The notes under the pieces were generated by a model, which saw only the letters and a program-made list of their open reading frames with translations, made no database searches and was not told where the DNA came from. Shown here in pieces: positions 1 through 7,981 of a DNA stretch of 64,000 nt. Position 1 is the first letter of the stretch. Each line of letters opens with the position of its first letter. Position numbers and translations under genes: made by a program. This DNA is from a bacterium (GTDB taxonomy: Bacteria; SAR324; XYD2-FULL-50-16), in the NCBI GenBank assembly GCA_032250835.1, contig JAVVEA010000007.1:1-64000 (forward strand). The letters are read 5' to 3'.

Positions 1-75
1 CTGAAGATTGCTTAGAAAAAAAGATCAGGAAGATCGTCTAATCAAAAAGTTGTCTGGACAAGTGGGTCCACTATA
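1..75 (+). mobile_element. Right end of a probable IS3-family insertion sequence (last codons LKIA* at 1-15; terminal inverted repeat ~49-75)
   Basis: GTTGTCTGGACAAGTGGGTCCACTATA (49-75) resembles IS3-family right ends as I recall them (..GTCC/TGGACA..GGGTCCACTAYA). A host gene fragment begins abruptly at base 76. Confidence 0.6.
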
Positions 76-207
76 AACTGCGCCTTCTTCGACACCCAAT
101 CGGTCACCGGCAGAAGCCGCACCGACGGCATCCACCTAGACACAGACCAACACCAAACCTTAGGCTTGGCGCTGGTGACGCAGGTGGTGAAGTTAGTCGG
201 GGGATAA
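76..207 (+). pseudogene. 3' fragment of an SGNH/GDSL hydrolase (arylesterase/acyltransferase-like), truncated by the IS
   Basis: Manual translation NCAFFDTQSVTGRSRTDGIHLDTDQHQTLGLALVTQVVKLVGG* contains the SGNH block V motif DGIH. In-frame TAG upstream at 13-15 and no start codon. Confidence 0.75.
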
Positions 208-295
208 CAGAAAGATTTTGGTTGGCTGGCTTGGTTTTTGGTCTCTTGATTCACCCCCTCAAATGGCGAGGGGCAGGATTCGGATGGACTATTTT

Positions 296-736
296 TTAAA
301 CAGTCACCTGAGCCAAGGCAATTTCAAACCGCTTCGGGATCAACCTCCGGCCACTTTCAAAGTGGCGGATCGAAGCTTCGCTAAAGCCGGTCAACTCGCC
401 CAATTTGCGTTGGGAAAGCTTGAGTTGTTCGGTGCGCAAGGTCTTCAACCCTGCGGGTGTGAGGGGGGATTCAAAGGGGCGGTAGTTGTAGGCCTTGCGG
501 CCAAAGAGAATGCCTTCAGCGCTGATGTCGGCGTCCAGATCAGGCCAATGGATGCCTTCTCCTTTGCCGATCAGCTCCCAGTGGGAAAGCTGTTTTTTGC
601 TGGCCTGTTCCAAGTCGGGAAACCAGACCAAGGGAAAACTCACCTCTACGCCGTGGGCAAATGTAGCGATTCCCTTGCCGCCCTCGGCGCGGAAGCCGGT
701 CACCAAAATTTCCAAATTCGTCGCCGAAGTATTCAT
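296..736 (-). CDS. DUF2442-family antitoxin-like protein fused to a C-terminal XRE-type HTH
   Basis: PLVWFPDL..AS..QL..WELIGKGEGIHWPDLDADISAEGIL is the DUF2442 signature; LSQRKLGELTGFSEASIRHFESGRR is an XRE HTH. ATG at 736 (MNTS). Confidence 0.8.
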   Translation of the reverse strand: MNTSATNLEILVTGFRAEGGKGIATFAHGVEVSFPLVWFPDLEQASKKQLSHWELIGKGEGIHWPDLDADISAEGILFGRKAYNYRPFESPLTPAGLKTLRTEQLKLSQRKLGELTGFSEASIRHFESGRRLIPKRFEIALAQVTV

Positions 737-947
737 TCCATTTCCCCAACAATTGCCCTTGGTGTTCCTTGGCAATAGCCAAGGCTTGAGCCAAGGAATT
801 TGCCTTTATGCTAGCCTTGATCACCTCCAACCGGTCCAGATCAATCTTGGCCGTTTCCGGGCCCTTGACCACGTGGACCTGTTTGGGTTCGTGCTCGTCC
901 AGATAAAAAAGGAACCGAAAGCCCTTCAAGCGGAGTAACGTTGGTAT
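540..947 (-). pseudogene. DUF4160-family (HicA-like) toxin, apparently degenerate
   Basis: (I)PTLLRLKGFRFLFYLDEHEPKQVHV...KWNEYFG matches DUF4160. The expected start position reads ATA (947-945), and the frame runs on about 60 codons over the antitoxin gene. Confidence 0.7.
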
Positions 948-1322
948 TTTTGCCTATGCGTACATTGTACGGTTGCATCCCATTAAAGTCAATCTTGAAC
1001 CTTTGATCCTACTTCTTGAACTACGCGAATAGAAACTTTTTCACAAAATCAGGTAGCAGCGTACTAATTCTCGCAACAAACCGGCGAAGCAATCACTTCT
1101 TAAATTCCCTGGGTAGGCTGCCAAGGAAATAGGGAATACTGTCCCCTAGTTTGATTATAAGGGCTACCCAAAATTGGGGATACTACCACCTGAACATAGT
1201 CACTTGATTATAATATTACTAGTGCTCTAAAACTTACAATATGGAATAATATTCCCGAATTTTATTAATTTAGGAATGCTATCACCAACTTATATTCGAT
1301 TTAGCCTTGGTTATATCTACAA

Positions 1323-2114
1323 ATGTTTAATAAAAAACCCATCGCCTTTTTTATGTTCCTTGCGTTTGCTCTGGCCAAAATCCCGCTCGTTCATGCTGCC
1401 TTCCCTGGAGGTTTTGGGTTTAGAGTAAACGGTGCAGGCAATATATATCAGCTAGACATAAAGCGAGCATCTTCTCAAGACTATGAAGCCTCTATGGTGT
1501 TTGATGATATTTTGGCGATGACTTTCGAGGTAGGCTACGGAGCATATCTATTGAGTTTTGGGGACCAATTTCAGTTGGGGCTCAATGCGGGCGTGTACGC
1601 TCATTATATAAAGCTGCCTTACCAAAAAAACCCACCTGATACGAGCAATGACGCCGATTGGCATTTGGGCAACTCTGGTTTCATTAGGGGATATGACAAG
1701 GACCTGAACCTTTATACGGGGTTCAGATTACCCGACATGGGTTTGGGGAATCAGGGTGAGTTAAGTCTTTTGGTATATTCGGGAAAATCCTACTCCCTCT
1801 CTACCTTTCGGGGGTACGCCTACCTGACTCACGCGGAGGACCGAAATGCCGAATGTGCTCAGGCGGTTTCGGGTTCAGACCAAACCAACGATGTAGGCGA
1901 ATCGGTGCTGACCAGTTGTGAAGGGATTTCTTTCGAAGAAACCGCCTCCTATGGCCGGTCAAGATATGGGGTCCTTCTAAGAGGGCAAAAGAAGGATTCC
2001 GAGGTTTCATTGGGTGTGCACTTTTATGAACCTGCTGAAATCCACACTGGGGATTTGGACTTGCGATTCAATTCAAGCATTATATTGCGAGCCACCTATG
2101 GCTACGGATTTTGA
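1323..2114 (+). CDS. Exported hypothetical protein, probable outer-membrane beta-barrel
   Basis: Signal peptide (..VHA-A), alternating Gly/aromatic beta-strands, C-terminal YGYGF; AT-rich. Confidence 0.6.
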   Translation: MFNKKPIAFFMFLAFALAKIPLVHAAFPGGFGFRVNGAGNIYQLDIKRASSQDYEASMVFDDILAMTFEVGYGAYLLSFGDQFQLGLNAGVYAHYIKLPYQKNPPDTSNDADWHLGNSGFIRGYDKDLNLYTGFRLPDMGLGNQGELSLLVYSGKSYSLSTFRGYAYLTHAEDRNAECAQAVSGSDQTNDVGESVLTSCEGISFEETASYGRSRYGVLLRGQKKDSEVSLGVHFYEPAEIHTGDLDLRFNSSIILRATYGYGF

Positions 2115-2125
2115 TCTTAAAAAAT

Positions 2126-2911
2126 ATGTTAAAACAAAAAATTAGAATTAATGCTTGGGTACAGGTTTTGTTGCTTATCGGCTTATTGTTGAGCCCCACT
2201 GCTCACTGTTACGCTGAAGATTCGGAGTGGTACCTTGGTATCATTGTCAATGGTGCCGATGGCGCTGGGACTATGGAGTTTTATGAAGACAATGCAGATG
2301 CCTGGGTGGCTAAAGCCGGTGATAGTGGCTTTATGGGCCTGGGTTTTCAAAGAAGCGTTTCGTTTTGGGGGAATGATTGGGGATGGGATTTCGCGTTTAA
2401 AGCGGGCACAAACCGGATCGAACATACTTACTTGCGTAACGATGTTGATGGTTTCTCAGGACGCAACAAACTCAATACCAATGCTATAATCCATGCTGAG
2501 CAGTTTTTTGCTGAATATCGCCTTTTTTATTTCATATACAATGGCCGCCCCGACAGCTCTAGAAGGGTTATGATTGGGCCATTTGTTGGGATTGAATTTG
2601 CCAAATCGCATTTTTATGGCTCTGTTTATCGGGCCTACGGAACAGGTGTTAGCAGCAATTGCAGTCAGGCCATTCTTGACTCAGACGCAACACAGGTAGA
2701 GACCTACTGCAATAAATTTCAAATTGACCAAAACGAGCAATTAGTTAGACCAAAAATCGGTTTTACGGTGGCAACGCCTTCAGTCTTGTTTAAAAGCGCT
2801 GGCCCGAATCGCCTCACAATAGACTACCAACCGCCTACATGGTTTATCAGAAACAACCAAAGGATTCGTTATGACCGTGGCTTGTCCCTGAACTTCGAAA
2901 TATTGTTTTAA
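2126..2911 (+). CDS. Exported hypothetical protein, probable outer-membrane beta-barrel (possible distant paralogue of the upstream gene)
   Basis: Signal peptide, amphipathic strands, C-terminal LNFEILF, Cys-pair loop like the upstream gene. Start ATG 2126 (TTG 2111 is an alternative). Confidence 0.6.
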   Translation: MLKQKIRINAWVQVLLLIGLLLSPTAHCYAEDSEWYLGIIVNGADGAGTMEFYEDNADAWVAKAGDSGFMGLGFQRSVSFWGNDWGWDFAFKAGTNRIEHTYLRNDVDGFSGRNKLNTNAIIHAEQFFAEYRLFYFIYNGRPDSSRRVMIGPFVGIEFAKSHFYGSVYRAYGTGVSSNCSQAILDSDATQVETYCNKFQIDQNEQLVRPKIGFTVATPSVLFKSAGPNRLTIDYQPPTWFIRNNQRIRYDRGLSLNFEILF

Positions 2912-2986
2912 ACTAGGCTGTTACAAGAAAAACCCACCCACAGAAAAGTCCGGGGCAGTTCCCCATTTTTCAGCCGTAACCCCATA

Positions 2987-3870
2987 ACTTGCGGTGTTGA
3001 GCTCTTGGGTTCCCTCTTGCGAGCGGCTTAGAACCCCTAGCTGTGCTAAGCAGTTTCGGGGTTGCCAAGCCGAGGGCTCGAAGCTTCTTGGCTTTTTATA
3101 CCCCCGTTGGTGAGGCGCTTAGAGCCCCTAGCCGAAACGTAGCGGCCAAAATGCCACCTGTTCGAGCTTCGAGCGCAGCGAGGGCGAGTTTGGCATTTTA
3201 GCGGAGTGATGCGTAGGGGGTCTTAGCGGCGAGCCACCTGGGGGCTGGTTTTTTGCTACCTTTTTTGCCAGCCAAAGAAAGTAGTCCCATCACATTAAAC
3301 CTCCCGGTAGCTTTGCGCTCCCTATTGCCAAAAAGGAAGAGTCTTGCGCTTAATTGGGGATCCACGCCCTCAAGCATCGCTGCGCTCGCTTGTCGGGGTG
3401 AATCCCGGCGCTGGGGGGGGAAGGTTCCGGATTTGGAATTCAAGAAGATACTGGGGAAGATCGAAGTTTTTGTTTTTTTGATCAATGCGCCGGAGATTCT
3501 CTTTTTCTTGGCTCTCCCGTCAACCTTTGGCTCTCCAATCGAAGGGGCGCTGCCCCCTCGGCGGCTTCGCCTCCTCCCCCGCCAAGGGCCGAAGGCCCCT
3601 GGACCCCACTTATTTTCATGGCAAGACAAGGCCCCATCTTAATCTGGCTAAAAAACCAGGACTTACGGCATAGAGCTCTTTGGTTCCCTCTTGCGAGCGG
3701 CTTAGAGCCCCTAGCCGAAGCGAGCGTTAAAAAAGCCAAACTGTCTGAGCTCCGAGCGCAGCGAGGGCGAGTTTTTGGCTTTTAGCGAGTGAGGCGTAGG
3801 GGCTCTTAGCCGCGAAGGTGAGGGCTGGTTTCTTTGCTTCATTTCTTTGCCAGCCAAAGAAAGAAGTCCC
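2987..3870. repeat. Cluster of GC-rich palindromic (REP/MITE-like) intergenic repeats
   Basis: Two ~170-200 nt related units (3116-3288 and 3661-3870) plus a partial copy of the unit's 5' end (2987-3041); both full units end in TTTGCCAGCCAAAGAAAG(T/A)AGTCCC. Confidence 0.85.
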
Positions 3871-4005
3871 AAATCTCTATTCCTTCAATAGTCCTTGTGC
3901 TTCCCAGCACTCGAAAGGAAAGGTTTTGATGCTTAAAGCACGGCGCTCAAACATAGACGTGTTTATCAGCCAGAAAAAGTATTTTGGGATAGATGACGAA
4001 AATAC

Positions 4006-4248
4006 CTAGGCGAGTTCCCAGATACCTTTAGGGGATTTGTCTGTAGATTTTAAAACTTTTTCATTCCGCAAGACGGTAGCCGCCCAGCGCATATCGTATT
4101 GCCAAGTATATAAAAGCCCGCTTGTTCGAAGATCAGCTTCATGGTGCTCCCAAATATGCTGAGCAATCGGCCTGATAGCAGAGGTCCCGCCCAATGCGGT
4201 GAGCGCCTCTTTGACCCATTCTTTTAATTCCGCCCGATTTCCTTTCAT
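4006..4248 (-). CDS. Small winged-helix protein resembling the Mrr N-terminal domain
   Basis: 80 aa from ATG 4248: EALTALGG....MRWAATVLRNEKVLKSTDKSPKGIWEL resembles Mrr_N (..RWA...L...G.W.L). Confidence 0.55.
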   Translation of the reverse strand: MKGNRAELKEWVKEALTALGGTSAIRPIAQHIWEHHEADLRTSGLLYTWQYDMRWAATVLRNEKVLKSTDKSPKGIWELA

Positions 4249-4306
4249 TTTTAATTTCTCAAACAATAAAAAAACAGAAAAAATCAATCCAACGCTAGTT
4301 ATTGGC

Positions 4307-5263
4307 TTACCCCCCAATCAACTTCATCCCCAAAGCAGACCCCACAAAGCTAAGCTCCTGTTTGGTCGCTAAGGCTTCGGCCAGCAAGGGCCGCAACCGG
4401 GCCAACGCTTGGTCTTCGTTCAGGCCCAACAGGGGCCGCAGATTAAAGGCTTGCCCCGAAGAAAGACACCCCACCAACTCTCCTTGGGCCGAAAGGCGCA
4501 GGCGGTCACAGTCATGACAGAAAGGACGCGAGTGGTTGGCGATCACCCCAAAACGACCCCGCTCCGGAACCATAAATTCCAAGGCCGTACTCGACCAAGG
4601 CCGGTGGCTTTCGACCAACTCAAAGCGGCAGCGCAACTGGGCTAAAATGTCCTGCATGCCCCAAAACTGAGCGTCAAAGGAAGGCCCCCGCAAATGCCCC
4701 ATAGGCATCAACTCAATATAGCGCAACTCCAAACCCCGAGCCAAAGCAAACTCCAGGAGCGGTAAACAATCCTGCTCGTTACGGCCCCGCTGGGGCACCA
4801 TATTCAACTTAACCGAAAAGCCCGCCGCTTGGGCCGCTTCAATCCCCGCCAAGGTCGCGTCCAACTTACCGCCACGGGTGCAGTCGGCAAAGCGCTGGGC
4901 GTCCAGGCTGTCCAAACTCACGTTGATCCGACTCAAGCCCCGTTGGCGCAGGGCCTCCACCTTACCGGCCAAGCGTTGGCCGTTGGTGGTGAGACTGATT
5001 TCGGGGCCCGGCAAGGGGCCCAAAGCATCCAAAAAGTCTTCGGTTTTTTGGCCCAACAGCGGCTCCCCGCCGGTCAGCTTGATCTTCTGCAACCCTAAGG
5101 CGTGGTCCAATAGCCGTACCAATTGGGCCAATTCAGCGCTCTTTAACTCAGAGCCTTTGACCGGCGCGGCGTTGGGGTCCACGCAATAATGACAAGCCAA
5201 GTCACAACGCGCCGTCAGGCTCACCCGCAGGCTCCGGAATTGGCGTTCTAAGGGCCGGTTCAT
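4307..5263 (-). CDS. moaA: GTP 3',8-cyclase MoaA (radical SAM)
   Basis: LRVSLTARCDLACHYC, LTGGEP, FCHDCDRLRL..G.LVGCL, C-terminal IGG; ATGA overlap with the moeA stop. Confidence 0.9.
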   Translation of the reverse strand: MNRPLERQFRSLRVSLTARCDLACHYCVDPNAAPVKGSELKSAELAQLVRLLDHALGLQKIKLTGGEPLLGQKTEDFLDALGPLPGPEISLTTNGQRLAGKVEALRQRGLSRINVSLDSLDAQRFADCTRGGKLDATLAGIEAAQAAGFSVKLNMVPQRGRNEQDCLPLLEFALARGLELRYIELMPMGHLRGPSFDAQFWGMQDILAQLRCRFELVESHRPWSSTALEFMVPERGRFGVIANHSRPFCHDCDRLRLSAQGELVGCLSSGQAFNLRPLLGLNEDQALARLRPLLAEALATKQELSFVGSALGMKLIGG

Positions 5264-6462
5264 TGGGGCCTCCGCCAATAGATAAAGTCCACTAAAGTCC
5301 CGGCAGCCAACTCGCTAAGGTCGGCGTCGAATTTAAAGAGCCCTTCGGAAAAGGCCAGACCGCTAAAGTCGCCACTGCCGCCTATCTGGACTTCCTCAAC
5401 CCAGGTTTGTCCGTCCTGTTGGACCAATCGGGCCGAAGTGTACTGCTCGCGCTGGTTACGCTTTTTGGCGGCCTTCAGCAGCGGCAGACGGATCACTGGG
5501 GGCAAAGGATCGGGGCGGCCAGACAAGGCCATGGCCAACGGCTCCACAAAGAGCTTAAAACAAACCTGCACCGAGACCGGGTTGCCGGGTAGGCCAAAGA
5601 CCCACTTTCCGTGACCGCGCCCAAACCAGATCGGTTTGCCGGGCTTTAAGCGCACCTTATGGAACACCTCTTCGATGCCCGATTCTTTTAAAATCTTGGG
5701 CACCAAGTCGAATTCGCCCATACTCACACCGCCGCTTAAAATCAAAATATCTGCGCCTTGCAAACCCCGGCGAACTTGGGACTTGAGGGCTTCTTCTTCG
5801 TCCGGGGCGATCCCCAGGGAGCTAACCGGCAAGCCCAACTGGGCGGCTTGGGCCAAGACCGCCGGGCTATTGCAATCGCGGATTTGATAAAACTCAGGGC
5901 TCGCCTCGGTGGGCACCAGTTCGGTTCCCGTGGAGATCACCACCAGCTTAGGGGGGCTGAAAACGTCCACCTCGGCTTTGCCGATGCTGGCCAGATAAGC
6001 AACCAACGAGGGAGTGACCGGGCGGCCGGGCTTAAAAAACTCAGCGCCCGCTTCGGCTTCGCTACCCTTAGGCACCCAGTTCTCGGCGGGCTGCGCGGCG
6101 CGCTTGAAGCGGATCATTTCGCCTTGGGCCTCGGTGTCTTCCACCGGAATCACGGCGTCCGCCCCTTCGGGTAGCGGGGCACCGGTCATCACCTGGATAC
6201 AGGTGCCGGGCTCCACGGCCTGTTCAGGGCGCACCCCGGCGGCGAGTTGACCGATCAGGTGCAGTTCACCGGGCTCGAGCAGGTCGGCTGCCTGCAAGGC
6301 ATAGCCGTCCATAGTCACCCGGTTAAAGGGGGGGAGGGGGCGGTCCGCCGCCAGCGTTTGGGCCAAGGTTAGGCCCAAGGCTTTCTGGATCGGGCGGTTT
6401 TCGGGCCCAAAGGGGCGGGCACTGGCCAATACGGCGGCCTGGGCCTCAGATACGCTGAACAT
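5260..6462 (-). CDS. moeA: Molybdopterin molybdenumtransferase MoeA
   Basis: PPFNRVTMDGYA, MTGAPLPEGADAV, STGTEL, SGGVSMG, LPGNPVS; SD AGGAG before ATG 6462. Confidence 0.95.
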   Translation of the reverse strand: MFSVSEAQAAVLASARPFGPENRPIQKALGLTLAQTLAADRPLPPFNRVTMDGYALQAADLLEPGELHLIGQLAAGVRPEQAVEPGTCIQVMTGAPLPEGADAVIPVEDTEAQGEMIRFKRAAQPAENWVPKGSEAEAGAEFFKPGRPVTPSLVAYLASIGKAEVDVFSPPKLVVISTGTELVPTEASPEFYQIRDCNSPAVLAQAAQLGLPVSSLGIAPDEEEALKSQVRRGLQGADILILSGGVSMGEFDLVPKILKESGIEEVFHKVRLKPGKPIWFGRGHGKWVFGLPGNPVSVQVCFKLFVEPLAMALSGRPDPLPPVIRLPLLKAAKKRNQREQYTSARLVQQDGQTWVEEVQIGGSGDFSGLAFSEGLFKFDADLSELAAGTLVDFIYWRRPQ

Positions 6463-6465
6463 GAT

Positions 6466-6558
6466 ACTCCTTTTCAATGTCGGAAGGCCCCGGCGTTTCC
6501 CCTGGAACCCTTTCGCCCTAAAGCCCTAGCTTGCGCCTTAGGCTCTTCGGATCGGAGT
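6466..6558 (-). promoter_or_regulatory. Moco/Tuco riboswitch-like leader RNA upstream of moeA-moaA
   Basis: Minus strand: ACTCC-GATCCGAAGAGCCTAAG-GCGCAAGC-TAGGGCTTTAGG-CGAA-AGGGTTCCAGGGGAAACGCCGGGGCCTTCCGACATTGAAAAGGAGT. P1 ACUCC/GGAGU overlaps the SD; CCUAAG, GNRA loops and GCCUYCCG..GAAAAGGAG are hallmarks of the Moco RNA motif. Confidence 0.8.
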
Positions 6559-6595
6559 CGTTGATTGATTCTAAAATACGCTTTCTAGCCTTGCT

Positions 6596-7981
6596 TTACA
6601 AGACTAGGTTTTTGGTGAACTCCGCCAACTGGTCTAAAGTGGCGCATTCGATCACTTGATCACAAAAGGGTTTATAATGCCGGATGCTGTTTGAGGAGCT
6701 ATACCAAAACTTTTCTTCTTCAGGGTTGAGCCAAAGGGTCCGCTCTACCTTTTCGGTCATCTTCTCAAAGGGCTCGGTCAGCGGGTTGTTAAAGTTATTT
6801 TGGCCGTCACCTAAGATCAACAGGGTGGTGTCTTTGGTCAGGGCATTACCATAGCTGTCCAAAAAGCTCTTGAAGCTGGAGCCATAATTACTGGGCTGGC
6901 CCATGCCGATGTGGTGGTCTTTGGTGGCCTTGATCAGTGCCTTTTCTAAGGGGTAGCGCTCAAAATAGCTACTGATCTCATAGGTATGGCGGATAAAAAC
7001 AAAGGTGCGGATCTTTGAAAACCGGTTTTGTAACCGGTAAAGCAACAGCACCATAAACTGGGCGGCATAAGAAACACTGCTGGAAATATCGCAGAGCGCC
7101 ACCACCTTGCCTTTCTTCTTGGCGGGCGTGCGGCGTTTGATGTGGAAGGGGACACCGCCGTAGCGCATGGAGTCGCGGATGGTGCTTTTGATGTCGATAT
7201 GCCCACGGGCCGCTTTTTTGCGTTGGGCGCTTAGGGCATCGTGTAGCTTCTGAGCGAGCTTCTCCACCTCTTCTTTGACCCTGTCGATCTCGCGTTGGGT
7301 CAGCTGGTTGAAGCTGATGGTGCTTAAGGTCCGCTTCTTTTCCCAGGGCATCACCTGACGCCGGTTGCGGGACTTTGACTTGGTCGAATCCAGCAGCATG
7401 GCCGCTTCTTCTAAGCGCTCGCGGATATATTCGCTGAGCTTCTCGCGCTTCTCGCGGTTCATGTTGAAGCTGCGGGCGCTAAAGTCTTCGGCCAGCTCGA
7501 TCAACACCCGCACCCGGTTGCGCAAGCGTTCTTCGTCGCGCTTCGAGGGGGTTTTGCTGTATTCTTTTAACTCATCGGTCACCTGAGCGGGAACATGGTC
7601 GGGCTCGATGGCCTCGATCCCCAACTTGTCCATCAAGCCCTGGGTATTGCCTTCGATGTAGTCGGCCAGAATATGGGTGACCGGGTCGCCCTCGCGACGC
7701 ATTTGGTCGGTAAATTCCTTTAAATTAATCTTAAAAATCTGGCTCTCGTCGGTCAGCTTGACGGGGTTTTGCTCGATGAAGACGCTGGTAAAAACCCGGT
7801 CAAAAGTGCCCTGATCGTTTTGGTCGATCACCAAGCTGCCTTGTAGCGCGGCGTAAAATTGGTCGCGATCTAAAAGGTCGATAAAGTCCAGGCTGCTGAT
7901 CGCGGTGTGCAGGCTGTTGGTGGGCACCATCATGCCCTCCTGCTTTAGGGCATAAGCGAATTCCTGGATCAGCGGGATCAT
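6596..7981 (-). CDS. VWA domain protein, CoxE-like
   Basis: IDIKSTIRDSMRYGGVP, MIDAS-like CDISSSV, LGDGQNN, WLNPE. Confidence 0.85.
   Translation of the reverse strand: MIPLIQEFAYALKQEGMMVPTNSLHTAISSLDFIDLLDRDQFYAALQGSLVIDQNDQGTFDRVFTSVFIEQNPVKLTDESQIFKINLKEFTDQMRREGDPVTHILADYIEGNTQGLMDKLGIEAIEPDHVPAQVTDELKEYSKTPSKRDEERLRNRVRVLIELAEDFSARSFNMNREKREKLSEYIRERLEEAAMLLDSTKSKSRNRRQVMPWEKKRTLSTISFNQLTQREIDRVKEEVEKLAQKLHDALSAQRKKAARGHIDIKSTIRDSMRYGGVPFHIKRRTPAKKKGKVVALCDISSSVSYAAQFMVLLLYRLQNRFSKIRTFVFIRHTYEISSYFERYPLEKALIKATKDHHIGMGQPSNYGSSFKSFLDSYGNALTKDTTLLILGDGQNNFNNPLTEPFEKMTEKVERTLWLNPEEEKFWYSSSNSIRHYKPFCDQVIECATLDQLAEFTKNLVL

Noticed and set aside
3198-3739. Several 60-140 aa ORFs across the repeat cluster
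   Set aside because: They are translations of palindromic repeats with no protein-like composition.
2987-3870. Possible CRISPR array
   Set aside because: The repeats are long, few and irregularly spaced, with no unique spacers of constant length and no cas genes.
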